A stretch of 63,336 bases of DNA, the filler included, from Lenisia limosa (Eukaryota > Protista > Breviatea), in the NCBI GenBank assembly GCA_001655205.1. It is 17 parts of 17 records of this genome, joined end to end, with 100 filler letters (N's around TTAATTAATTAA, not from the genome) between each part and the next. Parts side by side here need not be neighbours in the genome. Positions count along the whole stretch, not along the records: positions 37,323 to 38,869 come from LPNZ01001455.1; positions 38,970 to 42,293 come from LPNZ01002631.1; positions 42,394 to 47,680 come from LPNZ01006157.1; positions 47,781 to 52,656 come from LPNZ01000597.1; 13 more parts are not named here. The stretch is one strand, 5' to 3'. Position 1 is the first letter of the stretch. The number at the start of each line of letters is the position of its first letter. Made by a program: the position numbers and the translations under genes. The notes beneath the pieces are model-generated. The model saw nothing but the letters and a program-made list of their open reading frames with translations, was not told the DNA's origin and ran no database searches. Below, piece by piece: positions 37,520 through 47,920 of this stretch.

Positions 37520-37973
37520 CAGGCCGAATTCACGCCGAATTGGCTATATGGAATCTCGAGTTCAAAACGGTTTTTCCTATTCCCTAACTCTAGGCTTCAC
37601 AACAGTTTATCTTGCCGTCGACTCTGACCAATATGGATGGCCCGTCTCTTGTTGACCTTGCGTTTTTCCCGTCTTTGGCTTTTGTGGTGCGATATGGGAT
37701 TGAACTGGAGGGCAAGTACCCCCACCTTGCGGCATACTTTCAGCGAATGGTCAAAAGGCCTTCTGTTATCAAGGTTGGTACCAGATTCCTCTTGTTGGAT
37801 TTCATATTTCCACAGTACAAGAACAAAGATTCCATAATATCCCATAGCTCTATATTGCATATTCATTCCCTTTAAGAAATAACACCCCTCCCCCCAAGTA
37901 CGCTGTAACACCTTAGACTTGGCCCCCACATTGGACCAAAACCAGGAGTACAATCAACTGTTTCTCTGTCTAG
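37520..37973 (+). CDS. Glutathione S-transferase C-terminal domain (rho/theta-like), partial
   Basis: SLVDLAFFPSLAFVVRYGIELEGKYPHLAAYFQRMVKRPSVIK|TWPPHW; N-capping box S..D and the RPS...WPPHW end. Confidence 0.75.
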
Positions 37974-38192
37974 CTCTCTATTTAAGCCCTTTTCTTAGTT
38001 TTCGGTGTGTGATCTAAAAAAATGTATTTGTTTTCCTGTTGAACTTAAGAGAACACCAAGAACGGAACGAACACATTCAGGGAGGCTCTTGAGAAACTTT
38101 ACTCCCGTTCTTACAAGCAAAAAGAATTAGGACAGCACTATTTTTTATTATTAGAACAGTTTCCACTCCTTCGCATCGATTTGGGATTCTTG

Positions 38193-38870
38193 TTAAAATC
38201 TTGGAAATTTCCATATTTTACATTGGAATCCCATGGATTTTATGAAATTTACAAGGGAATCCCAAGTCCATGCGCCGTGGTGCATCTCATTTAACATTCT
38301 ACATAATCCCACGGCCTCACTGACCACCTGATCATAGTTCGTGGATTTGGTCCCCTTCCTGTAATGGAAAAACAATTGCTCTGTATGACAACCAAAGGTA
38401 AAGGTACATAATAAATAATAAAACGTGAGTATGTTAAGTTAGGTAGGTTTCCAGTTGAGAATTGACTCAGTACATGCCTCACGAAGGCGCACGAATGATG
38501 TTGACAGATGATCGTGGAGCCCTCTCATGTCCTAAGCAGTGTCATTGTTGGGAGCAAGATGATGGCTAAGAGAGCACCACATATTTCAATGAGCCTGAAC
38601 ACAACTAGGGCTTCACTCCGGTTCGAAAAAAAAACTGAATTTCGAGAAAAATCCTCAAAAACGATCGATATTTAACGATCCTTTTCGAACCCGAAGCACT
38701 AGACACAACATAAGGCAAAACCACCCACAGGCGGGCAAATAGCCGCATGAATGCCGAGTCCTTTTTCCACCATAGACAGCTGTTCGCCAAGGAGCGACTT
38801 GAAAAGGTCGAGTTTGGCGGAGTGAGTGGGGTTACGGGCGAGATACTCGTTGGTGAAGAAAGCCTTCTTN
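38193..38870 (-). CDS. DOCK: DOCK-family GEF, C-terminal DHR-2 end (partial)
   Basis: KKAFFTNEYLARNPTHSAKLDLFKSLLGEQLSMVEKGLGIHAAICPP|DMRGLHDHLSTSFVRLREA matches the recalled DOCK1/2 segment YEKAFFTE.YL..HPED..K...LK.LI..Q...L..GI.IH.....L..LH.RL...F. Confidence 0.75.
38606..38702. mobile_element. MITE-A copy in a DOCK intron
   Basis: TAGGGCTTCACTCCGGTTCGAAAAA...TTTTCGAACCCGAAG. Confidence 0.75.
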
Positions 38871-39259
38871 NNNNNNNNNNNNNNNNNNNNNNNNNNNNNN
38901 NNNNNNNNNNNNNTTAATTAATTAANNNNNNNNNNNNNNNNNNNNNNNNNNNNNNNNNNNNNNNNNNNNCAGCCTTCGCCTCTCTCAACACGGCGTCAAA
39001 ACTGCTGTCCGCAGCGCCGCCGCCGTTGCCGGTCTACCAGACCATTGGAGATGCAAGGGTGGGGGGATGTGTGTGGGATATATGTATATAACGAGATCGT
39101 GTATGAATTAGAGATTAGGGATTAGGGAGATTGAGGTTTCTGATGCGTTTATACTGCCTGTGACATATAGGAGAGTACTCGAATCAAAAATTCACTAAGT
39201 CTTTTGACTCCATTTGATGAAGACAAGGAATGCAGCTTACAGCCCAGGTATCAATCTTA

Positions 39260-42180
39260 CCTTCTCACGTGATCGTCGCGTCTTGGAATTCTCGGTAAGG
39301 GGCAATATCTTGATTTAGATATAATTGTTATGTTGCTATGTTTTAGTGTTGACAGATGTCTGGTATCTGAGTGTTGCCTAAAACTTGATTGTTGTTGTTG
39401 TTGTTTTTTTTTTTTGCATATTATTGACCTGAATAAACACAAGTGTTCACTTCCCCCTCCCCCCAGCGAGCGATGTGTTTTGGTGTCGATTCTACGAACT
39501 TGGTCGGGATGTGTGTCGCGTGAGCGGGGGGGTTGACTTCAACTCGGTCCAAAAAAGACCATTAAAATTGCAAGAATTAGATCAAGTGACTCCTTTGGTG
39601 TGAGTTCTTGAAACCTCTCCCTCTCAATATCTTTATTAACCTTCTCATTCTCGCCAATCTTTCCACTTATGCATGTCACCGTTATTAACAAATCCCCTGT
39701 CCTCTTTACTCACAATTGTAGTCACACCCAACTTTACCTCAGCTGAAGCCAAGCATCTGAAGAAACAAACCGATATTGGTGGGTGTATGAGATCTTTTGC
39801 GTGATATGATATGTACAGTGACCGGGATAAGTCTCGACCGATTTGCTATACGAATTCCCAAGGAAAATCGGTGAAGACGTATCCCGGTCACTGAGTGTTT
39901 TGCTTCTAGTCTTATTTTTGATGCGTCACCCTCTGTGTGTAAATATCATTACTACAATCCCCCTTCCTTCACCTGATTCCGCTGCCATTATAAGACACAT
40001 TGAAAGCCCATCAAGAGCATCTTGGGAAATATGGTCAATTTTCGATAAGGCAGCCTCTGTAAGATTGCCGTTAACTTCGTCAACGGATGTGGCTGTGTAT
40101 TTCCTTGTCCTTAATACCCATCTCCCCACTCAAACTCTAGGCTTCTTTTTTTTCATAAATTTTCCATTTTTACTCCCCCCCCCCCTCAGACTCAGCCTTG
40201 GCCAACTTGGAGCAGCTGAATCTCCTCTCAAGCCGCGTACTCAGCCAACTTATGGTATCGGCTCCAATTGCTCTCGACCCCGTCTGCAATAATCCGCCTT
40301 CCTTGCACAAGATGGTGTCAATGACTGAAAAACGCGATAGTNNNNNNNNNNNNNNNNNNNNNNNNNNNNNNNNNNNNNNNNNNNNNNNNNNNNNNNNNNN
40401 NNNAACTTTTTTTGTTTCTCATCTATATACAGTGACCAGGAATAAATCTTGACCGATTTGCTATGTCATTTCCCAAGAAAAATCCGTCAAGACTACCCTA
40501 GTCACTGTATATAGTTACTTTGACGGTGTTTGAGATTTCTCTTTCATTCACCAACCTGAGGGACGAAGCTTGTCACATTTCAATTCCGCTTTCTTTTTTG
40601 ACCGATTTTCACTTTTAAGGTTTGACGTCCCTTGCTTTGTCAGCAGCTTTACAGGCTGCAGCCGTCCCGTCAAAAGTGAGGGGAACAATGGGGGGGGGGG
40701 TCNNNNNNNNNNNNNNNNNNNNNNNNNNNNNNNNNNNNNNNNNNNNNNNNNNNNNNNNNNNNNNNNNNNNNNNNNNNNNNNNNNNNNNNNNNNNNNNNNN
40801 NNACCCCTGGAGTAGTACCATAATCTTATACAAGTAGCTATATTATTTATACGGCTTCGACCAGATATACATTATGTATTTCTCTTCCTCTCTATCTAGC
40901 TATATTATAATATGAAACTAATATCCTGATACTCCTCCTTGACTCACCCCTCAGACTGGTTCGGCTCCGGTGTCGCCTTCGTACCCACCCAGTCCCTTAA
41001 CTGAAACTAAAGGGTGGGTGGATGGGTGCGATTGTTTTATTATTATTTTTATTATTATTCTTATTATTATTTATGAAATTTCCCGGTACAATTTTGACAA
41101 TATTTTATCTTCCTCTTGGAGGTAGATAAAAGTGTTTCAAAATAATTGTTTTTTCAAATAATGAATCGCGCACTTAATCAGGGGGTGTGTACTGGGAACA
41201 GAAGACAACAGAGAGTATCGAACAGCTACGAACCAGAGTGGAGGTATTTCAACTTGATGAAAGCGATTTAGGGGTTTCACAACGGTCCGAAAAAGACCTG
41301 TACAATATCGATATTTATTGAAGATAAATCCACGATCAGCATTTTTTGGGATCATTGGGAAGCCCTAGCGGAATTGCCCCAAACACATCCCTTTTTGACC
41401 GACCGAAAATCCAAGGATGTTACCTAGCCGTTCCGTTTCACCTTATAGCACCATCTCACCACTCCTTCGCCAAGCATCCTTGCGCCACCAGTTGAATATG
41501 TCTACTATTACGGGGGAAGATGACGAGTCCGTTGCATCCGCTCCGGGGTAGGAGGTGTTATGGGTGGTTCTCAATACTCAAAGAGTTTATTTTACTTAAG
41601 CGTGAGTTGCTCATATTGTTATTGCTTGATTTTTGGAGTTTAAGACTATATGGTTCTGTACTCTCCATCGAAATATCCTTCGTTTAGTGTTTGTTTTACT
41701 TTTCTCAAATGTTAAATTGTGTACGCTGAAGTAATGGGATGAGGTGCTGCAGAAGTGACTGGCTTTGATCTTTGTTTGTTTTGTTGTTCTCAACCCTCGT
41801 GTGTTGTCAGCCAACAAAGTTGCTTTCTCTTCCATTTAGAGTTGTTTTTTTTATTATGTTACTTAAATTTTCAAATTTACCCCCCCCCCCCAGGTCCGCT
41901 CGTCAAACATGCCTTGACACCATCATGTCGGCGACATTGCCGTCGGATAACGCTCTGACAGGCGTAATGGAGTGGCTGTTGGCGGCTTGGGTCAGGAGCA
42001 ATGTGGAGGTGCGGGGGGGAGGGTGGCTTTGGCATGGAGATGATTTTATTTTTGTATTCATCGAAATTTTCTGTAGATTCTGTGATTGAAATCACGATTC
42101 TGCAGTGAATAGTACCAGAGTACTAATCACTCTAGACTGGAACGGACACCAATCTTTTGCCTTCGTCTATGGTGTTGAAG
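39260..42180 (+). CDS. Hypothetical multi-exon gene (partial)
   Basis: Exons RAMCFGVDSTNLVGMCV, DSALANLEQLNLLSSRVLSQLM, RSVSPYSTISPLLRQASLRHQ, SARQTCLDTIMSATLPSDNALTGVMEWLLAAW and DWNGHQSFAFVYGVE. Confidence 0.45.
39814..39893. mobile_element. MITE-B near-intact copy, Tc1/mariner-type termini
   Basis: TA|CAGTGACCGGGATAAGTCT...AGACGTATCCCGGTCACTG. Confidence 0.85.
40428..40509. mobile_element. MITE-B copy
   Basis: TA|CAGTGACCAGGAATAAATCTTGACCG...CCGTCAAGACTACCCTAGTCACTG|TA. Confidence 0.8.
41269..41367. mobile_element. MITE-A copy (degenerate)
   Basis: TAGGGGTTTCAC..GGTCCGAAAAAGACC...GGGAAGCCCTA. Confidence 0.7.
41741..41893 (+). repeat. Family-C full copy
   Basis: GAGGTGCTGCAGAAGTGACTGG..TCAACCCTCGTGTGTTGTCAGCCAACA..AAATTTACCCCCCCCCCCAG, then exon. 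Confidence 0.8.
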
Positions 42181-42393
42181 GTGGGGAGGAACGAGATTGA
42201 CGTTGATTGCAATTTTAAGAATGGTATATGGAATATGGGGCTGTAGACCAAATAGAAAAGCTCGAAAAAGGCAAAGTATTGTGTAAATCAACCNNNNNNN
42301 NNNNNNNNNNNNNNNNNNNNNNNNNNNNNNNNNNNNNTTAATTAATTAANNNNNNNNNNNNNNNNNNNNNNNNNNNNNNNNNNNNNNNNNNNN

Positions 42394-42571
42394 CATCCTA
42401 GAATGTCAACATTGCCCCAATGTTCAGGTCATCCTAGAATGTCAACATTGCTCTAATGTTCAGGTCATCCTAGAATGTCAACATTGCCCCAATGTTCAGG
42501 TCATCCTAGAATGTCAACATTGCTCCAATGTTAAAGGTCATCCAAGAATGTCAACATTGCTCCAATGTTCA
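42394..42571. repeat. 36-bp minisatellite
   Basis: CATCCTAGAATGTCAACATTGCYCCAATGTTCAGGT about x5, starting at a contig edge. Confidence 0.9.
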
Positions 42572-42814
42572 TACTGTTCTTTAATTCTCTCCTGATATAT
42601 TTGCTAAATATTGTTTAAGAAAGTTGGAGGTGCTCTTTCAGGTCATCTCATAATATCAGTGTCTTAAAGCAGGTTATAGTTCGAGTTGTCACAGATATTC
42701 GAACATAAACTGACGGTGACGTATCTTTTACTGCTTTTACTAGAATTTAACTGAGATTTCGGTCATTATGAAATCATATACTGTGTAGACTTATCGTACC
42801 CCACCTTAGTAGAC

Positions 42815-44365
42815 TTATCGAGGCGATAGACCTTGGGAATGGCGTGCGCGGCCGTACGTCTGACATAGGGAGAGGAATCCTTGAGGAGTCTTTGGATACC
42901 CATTAAGACAACCTAGGGGGGGGGGGGGGGGNNNNNNNNNNNNNNNNNNNNNNNNNNNNNNNNNNNNNNNNNNNNNNNNNNNNNNNNNNNNNNNNNNNNN
43001 NNNNNNNNNNNNNNNNNNNNNNNNNNNNNNCTGACAAGATTGACTAAATAAAAGCTCAATACCCAGGTCAGGACTTATTGTGTCAGATAACAAGAATGAA
43101 GAGACGTATTGATCGATATTTCCCCATCATGAATAATTGGTCAAAGTTTACCACAGTCACCATATAACGTCTTTTGTTCTCAATGAAACACTTGACCACC
43201 CACCTGTACGGTGTCTTCAATTCGGATTGATGACATGTTCCTCAGCGCCAAGCACCGTGTCACCTGGCTTTTGTCGTCTATGATATTATTATAGTTATTA
43301 TGGTGCTTTTGTTGTCAATGATATTATTATAGTTATTATGGTGCTTTTGTTGTCTAGATATTATTATGGCTGTGAGGGTGTTATATGGTGTTGTTATTAG
43401 CAATTATTATTTTTATTACTATGGCGCAGTTATTATACTGTTGTTAGGGCTTTTGTCATATTTGTTGGTAATAGGGCTTCCCTGCGGTCCGAAAAAGACC
43501 GTTTAAATATCAATATGTATCGAGGATTTATCGGGAAATTCGGTCTATTTTGCGTAGGGAAGCCCTAATGGTGAGAGAGCTTGGTTAATAGGATTTGGAC
43601 AACCGTCATTTTGGCAAGTTTGTTGCCTTTATGGTTCAGAGATTGGCAAACAGTAGTTGTATTGATATTATTAGGTAGTCTTGTAAGTGTATGGTATCAG
43701 GGCGTTTTCATACGATTAGAGCCTTTATAGTCAATACGGTCAGAAACAACGTTGCCTCATGACGAATTCTTATTTATTGATTATTGATATGGTTATAAGA
43801 GCTTCATGATTATTTTTATTATCAATGTGGTTCTTATTAGTTGCTGGTAGGGCTATTTAGAACTTATGTTTTCTGTATCTTTTCAACCTTGTCACGAAAA
43901 ATTGCCACCCTGTAGCTTACTCAGATCTCTCTGGAACGAATTGATCGAAAGGAGAGCAAGTTCAGGCACTTTCTCCGAGTAATGCACAAGGTAAAGGTAG
44001 ACAAGCTGAGTAAGGGGTCAATAACGCTAAATAAATGGTGGGCAGCGGGGCTTAAGCTCACTTTCTTGAGATCAAGGTTGGGGAGTGATACCAGCTTCAC
44101 AACATCCGGGAAGAAACGGGAGACGTCAATGCCCTGTGCGAGCATCTGTCCCCGGAGTTAGTTTTTAATTCCGAAAGCAATGTGAAAGCTTACAGAGACG
44201 AGCATCCTCAAGCCTTCATATTTCTCCTTTGTGAAGCGACCGTTCAAGAGCCTGGAAATGGTTGACGCCTGCATCAATTAGTGTATAATCCACAGTAGAG
44301 TGTACCTTTTCAGGGGTTAGGTCATTGAAGAGGTTTACTGATTGGCTTGAGGGGGATTCCTCCAT
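42815..44365 (-). CDS. AP3B1: AP-3 adaptor complex beta subunit, N-terminal part
   Basis: KYEGLRMLVS|MLAQGIDVSRFFPDVVKLVSLPNLDLKK|VYLYLVHYSEKVPELALLSINSFQRDL..CLALRNMSSIRI..LLKDSSPYVRRTAAHAIPKVYRLD. Confidence 0.8.
43472..43567. mobile_element. MITE-A copy in an AP3B intron
   Basis: TAGGGCTTCCCTGCGG...GCGTAGGGAAGCCCTA. Confidence 0.85.
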
Positions 44366-44540
44366 TTTTGTATCCCTGTAGTGAAACTATTATACAATTT
44401 ATGTGTTTTTCACCCAATTTAAGGCTGCTTTAAGAGAAAGAAATCTTCAAAAAAAATTAGTAAATACTATAGTTGATCTATGATCAGTAACATAAAATGG
44501 TTGTCCTTTTTGCTGTTTTTGCCTTTTTTTTTCGTTAAAT

Positions 44541-46641
44541 ATGTCGACAATAAGTGGAGCTGAAACCAATATGGCCGATGGTGATTGCCAAGACTACGAG
44601 AGAGCAACAGCAGCTATGATGAAAGAGGAGGTATGCTCTCTTCTAGCCCACCAAATAGGTTCTTATCTTGTTAAACTAAGATATTGGCGACGAATTAGTG
44701 AAATCTCACCTTCATAGGTGATAGCGATTGAAGATGCATTCGATCGAGGGGACCTTTCCGCCTTTGGTGAGCCGGTAAAGAGCTAAACAATGTTGGGGAA
44801 AAACAAGAAACAAATATANNNNNNNNNNNNNNNNNNNNNNNNNNNNNNNNNNNNNNNNNNNNNNNNNNNNNNNNNNNNNNNNNNNNNNNNNNNNNNNNNN
44901 NNNNNNNNNNNNNNNNNTTTTGTAACCACGAAGTTGTTTTTCTAGGGATGAACACAAATATAAAGTCGCTGACTTTCTCCAAAATGACTTTAAACTGGTT
45001 TTTGAGCACTTTTTTTAAAAAAAACACATTCAGTAAAAAAAAACACACATATCATATATTTATGAACGGTGTGATATGTACAAACATAGAATGAATAAGG
45101 TTGAAATAGTGTCAGGCCTTTCCCAGTCTCTATGTATTTGAAATCGAGGGATGCCAATATAGGCAGGCACTAATTGATAACAAGAATATGTCACTACTCA
45201 CCCTCCAGCTTCATAATTCTGTTGTTTTTTGTGGTGTTTTCTTTGTGTTCAACTCAACCGCCGCATCTCGATCCTGGTTTCAATGAGACTTTACTGCAAA
45301 AAAAAATCATAATTCCGGGTCTAACCGCTCAGGTCGGGACCAACGGGCCATATTGGCGCAATTTGACAGTATACGCGAGAGCCAAGTCAGACTCGCCGTT
45401 GACCATATTGCTATGGAAACTCTGTGGGGTGATGGTGATGGTGATGGTGATGATGATGGTGATATAATATCAATATCATATGGTCTTTCATATGCGTGTT
45501 AGGGAGGTGGTGATCAAAGTAGTAATTGTTATGGAAACACTGTGGGGGTGATGGTGATGGGATGATAGTGATTGGATGCATAGCCATAAAGGTGGTTATG
45601 TGTGTTAAACCATAATATCATCATTAATATAGAAACATGTTTACTAAGGCAAATGATGAGGGTCTCTTAAAAGCCTGATGGTGTGGACGGCTTCGGCCGG
45701 ATACAACCTTGTTTTTTTTTTTATTATTTCTCATTACAATATACTATAACGGACGGAGAGTTTATTTTTATTTCCCATTGCTATTTCTATAACGGACGTA
45801 ATAACATTCCCACTAAAGACTCTTTACTTCTCATTTTGCTGCGACTTTTGTTGAGTGAGACCTTTATTCCCCCACAGCCCTTTGCCCAAAACATCACTGG
45901 TCTTGCCACCCCTTGACCTTTTTAACAGCTTTTCCCCTTGACCGTTATAGACGTTCTGATGACATCGGCGAGTGGTCGACTTTGGAAGATGGAGACCCCG
46001 CAGACAGGTGGGAGCAATTAATATCTTTATAGTACTGTATCGTATGCACTCTTNNNNNNNNNNNNNNNNNNNNNNNNNNNNNNNNNNNNNNNNNNNNNNN
46101 NNNNNNNNNNNNNNNNNNNNNNNNNNNNNNNNNNNNNNNNNNNNNNNNNNNNNNNNNNNNNNNNNNNNNNNNNNNNNNNNNNNNNNNNNNNNNNNNNNNN
46201 NNNNNNNNNNNNNNNNNNNNNNNNNNNNNNNNNNNNNNNNNNNNNNNNNNNNNNNNNNNNNNNTTTTTGAGGGAATTATTTCACAAAATTAGATATTATT
46301 GGGTCTGAAAAGGGGTTCTGTTTACAATTGTATCGTTCCAAGTTTTAAAATTTATTTTTCGAATAATTGTATCCTAGTCTGATTGGGTGAATTAATACAA
46401 TAATCCAATATATCTTAAAAGCGTGATGGTGTGGACGGNNNNNNNNNNNNNNNNNNNNNNNNNNNNNNNNNNNNNNNNNNNNNNNNNNNNNNNNNNNNNN
46501 NNNNNNNNNNNNNNNNNNNNNNNNNNNNNNNNNNNNNNNNNNNNNNNNNNNNNNNNNNNNNNNNNNNNNNNNNNNNNNNNNNNNNNNCTCCAAGGAGTCG
46601 ACACCCTGACAACCCAAATCGAGGGAATCGAAAACGCCTAG
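44541..46641 (+). CDS. CCDC28-like small coiled-coil protein
   Basis: EEVIAIEDAFDRGDLSAFGEP..LAQFDSIRESQVRLAVDHIAME..VDTLTTQIEGIENA* parallels the recalled CCDC28A/B core LL.DFHSGKLQAFG..EQMEHVR.MQEKLARLHF..D.LL..L..L...I..L. Confidence 0.55.
46380..46438 (+). repeat. Family-D copy (others at 45678-45704, 46693-46752, 47826-47893, 62905-62985, 31240-31300, 26927-27002)
   Basis: TGATTGGGTGAATTAATA..AATCCAATAT.TCTTA.AAGCGTGATGGTGTGGACGG. Confidence 0.7.
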
Positions 46642-47396
46642 GTTGGTTGTGACTTCATAGGTGTCTGCAAGGCTTTATTACAATATCATACGGGCAAATG
46701 ATTGGGTGAATTAATATTTTACTATTATCCGATCTCTCTTAGCTTGATGGTTTGAACTGCTCTGGCCTAATCCTACCTATGCATACACTACTTAGTTAAA
46801 AGACCTTTGATAATCTGATAAGAACGGAACTCTGTCTGAATTGAGTTCATAGTCTTAGGTCATGGACGTATGTAATGAACGCTTCCTCCCCCAGGACCTT
46901 CGTTGCTCAAGACTGATGATGTTCCTTTTACTATTTAAGTGTTTGAACGATTTTTATTTTATTATTCTATGTATTGATTTGGTGAGAGAAATGAAGGGAA
47001 ATTAACCTGAACACAGACAGAGTTTGTTTGACATTGCATCAAGTGAAATTGGTTTTTAAGTAATGAATGATGGAATATCTTTGTTGATGAAAATTGATAT
47101 TGTCCTATTGCTTGACCGGAATTTTCGCACGTACATTTTCACAGCGAAAATGGATTCGGCCGTATCAAACTATGAGGGGTCACAGCGAGAATGCATGTGG
47201 CCGTCTTAAACTGTGAACACTTTTTTATTATAAAATGGATAAACTAACGCGATAGTGTCATGTAGTGTATGATATAGACCTCAAATAATACAATTATACT
47301 TTAATCCATTTATCTCAAGTAAAAGCAATATTGATGGAGGAAAGAACTTGCATAGAATCTAGAACACTTATAATACCATAACTAGAAGAGGCTTAC

Positions 47397-47628
47397 TTCT
47401 CCTTCTTTTCTTTCTTCACCTTTTTCTCCTTCTTTTCCTTCTTGATCTTCTTCTCAGCCTTATCATCATCCTTCTTTACTTTCTCCTTCTTCTCTTTTTT
47501 ATCCTTCTTCTTCTCCTTCTTCTCCTTCTTCTCCTTCTTTACAAGGGCCATGAAGTCTGAGCTCCCGCGTTTGTCAGATTTTTCCTTCTTCTCCTTCTTC
47601 TCCTTCTTCTTTGTAGGGACAACTTCAT
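47397..47628 (-). CDS. KKE/KKD-repeat exon (nucleolar-type Lys-rich tail)
   Basis: AG/GTAAG-bounded exon DEVVPTKKKEKKEKKEKSDKRGSSDFMALVKKEKKEKKEKKKDKKEKKE... Confidence 0.55.
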
Positions 47629-47920
47629 CTGAAAACGGTCACGGTTTGTTGCGGGTGTCTTCAAAATAATATAGGATGCGNNNNNNNNNNNNNNNNNNNN
47701 NNNNNNNNNNNNNNNNNNNNNNNNTTAATTAATTAANNNNNNNNNNNNNNNNNNNNNNNNNNNNNNNNNNNNNNNNNNNNGATATATGCGAGAGATGAGA
47801 AATAAAACAACTTGTTTTCAAATACGTCCACACCATAACGCTTATAAGAGATATTGGATTTTTGTATTATTTTAATGCACCCAATCATTGACATAAGCAT
47901 AGTACGTAGTTACATGTTAC

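Noticed and set aside
47442-47669. Phe/Ser-rich + strand ORF resembling a membrane protein
   Set aside because: Antisense of the KKE-repeat exon, which has proper splice sites.
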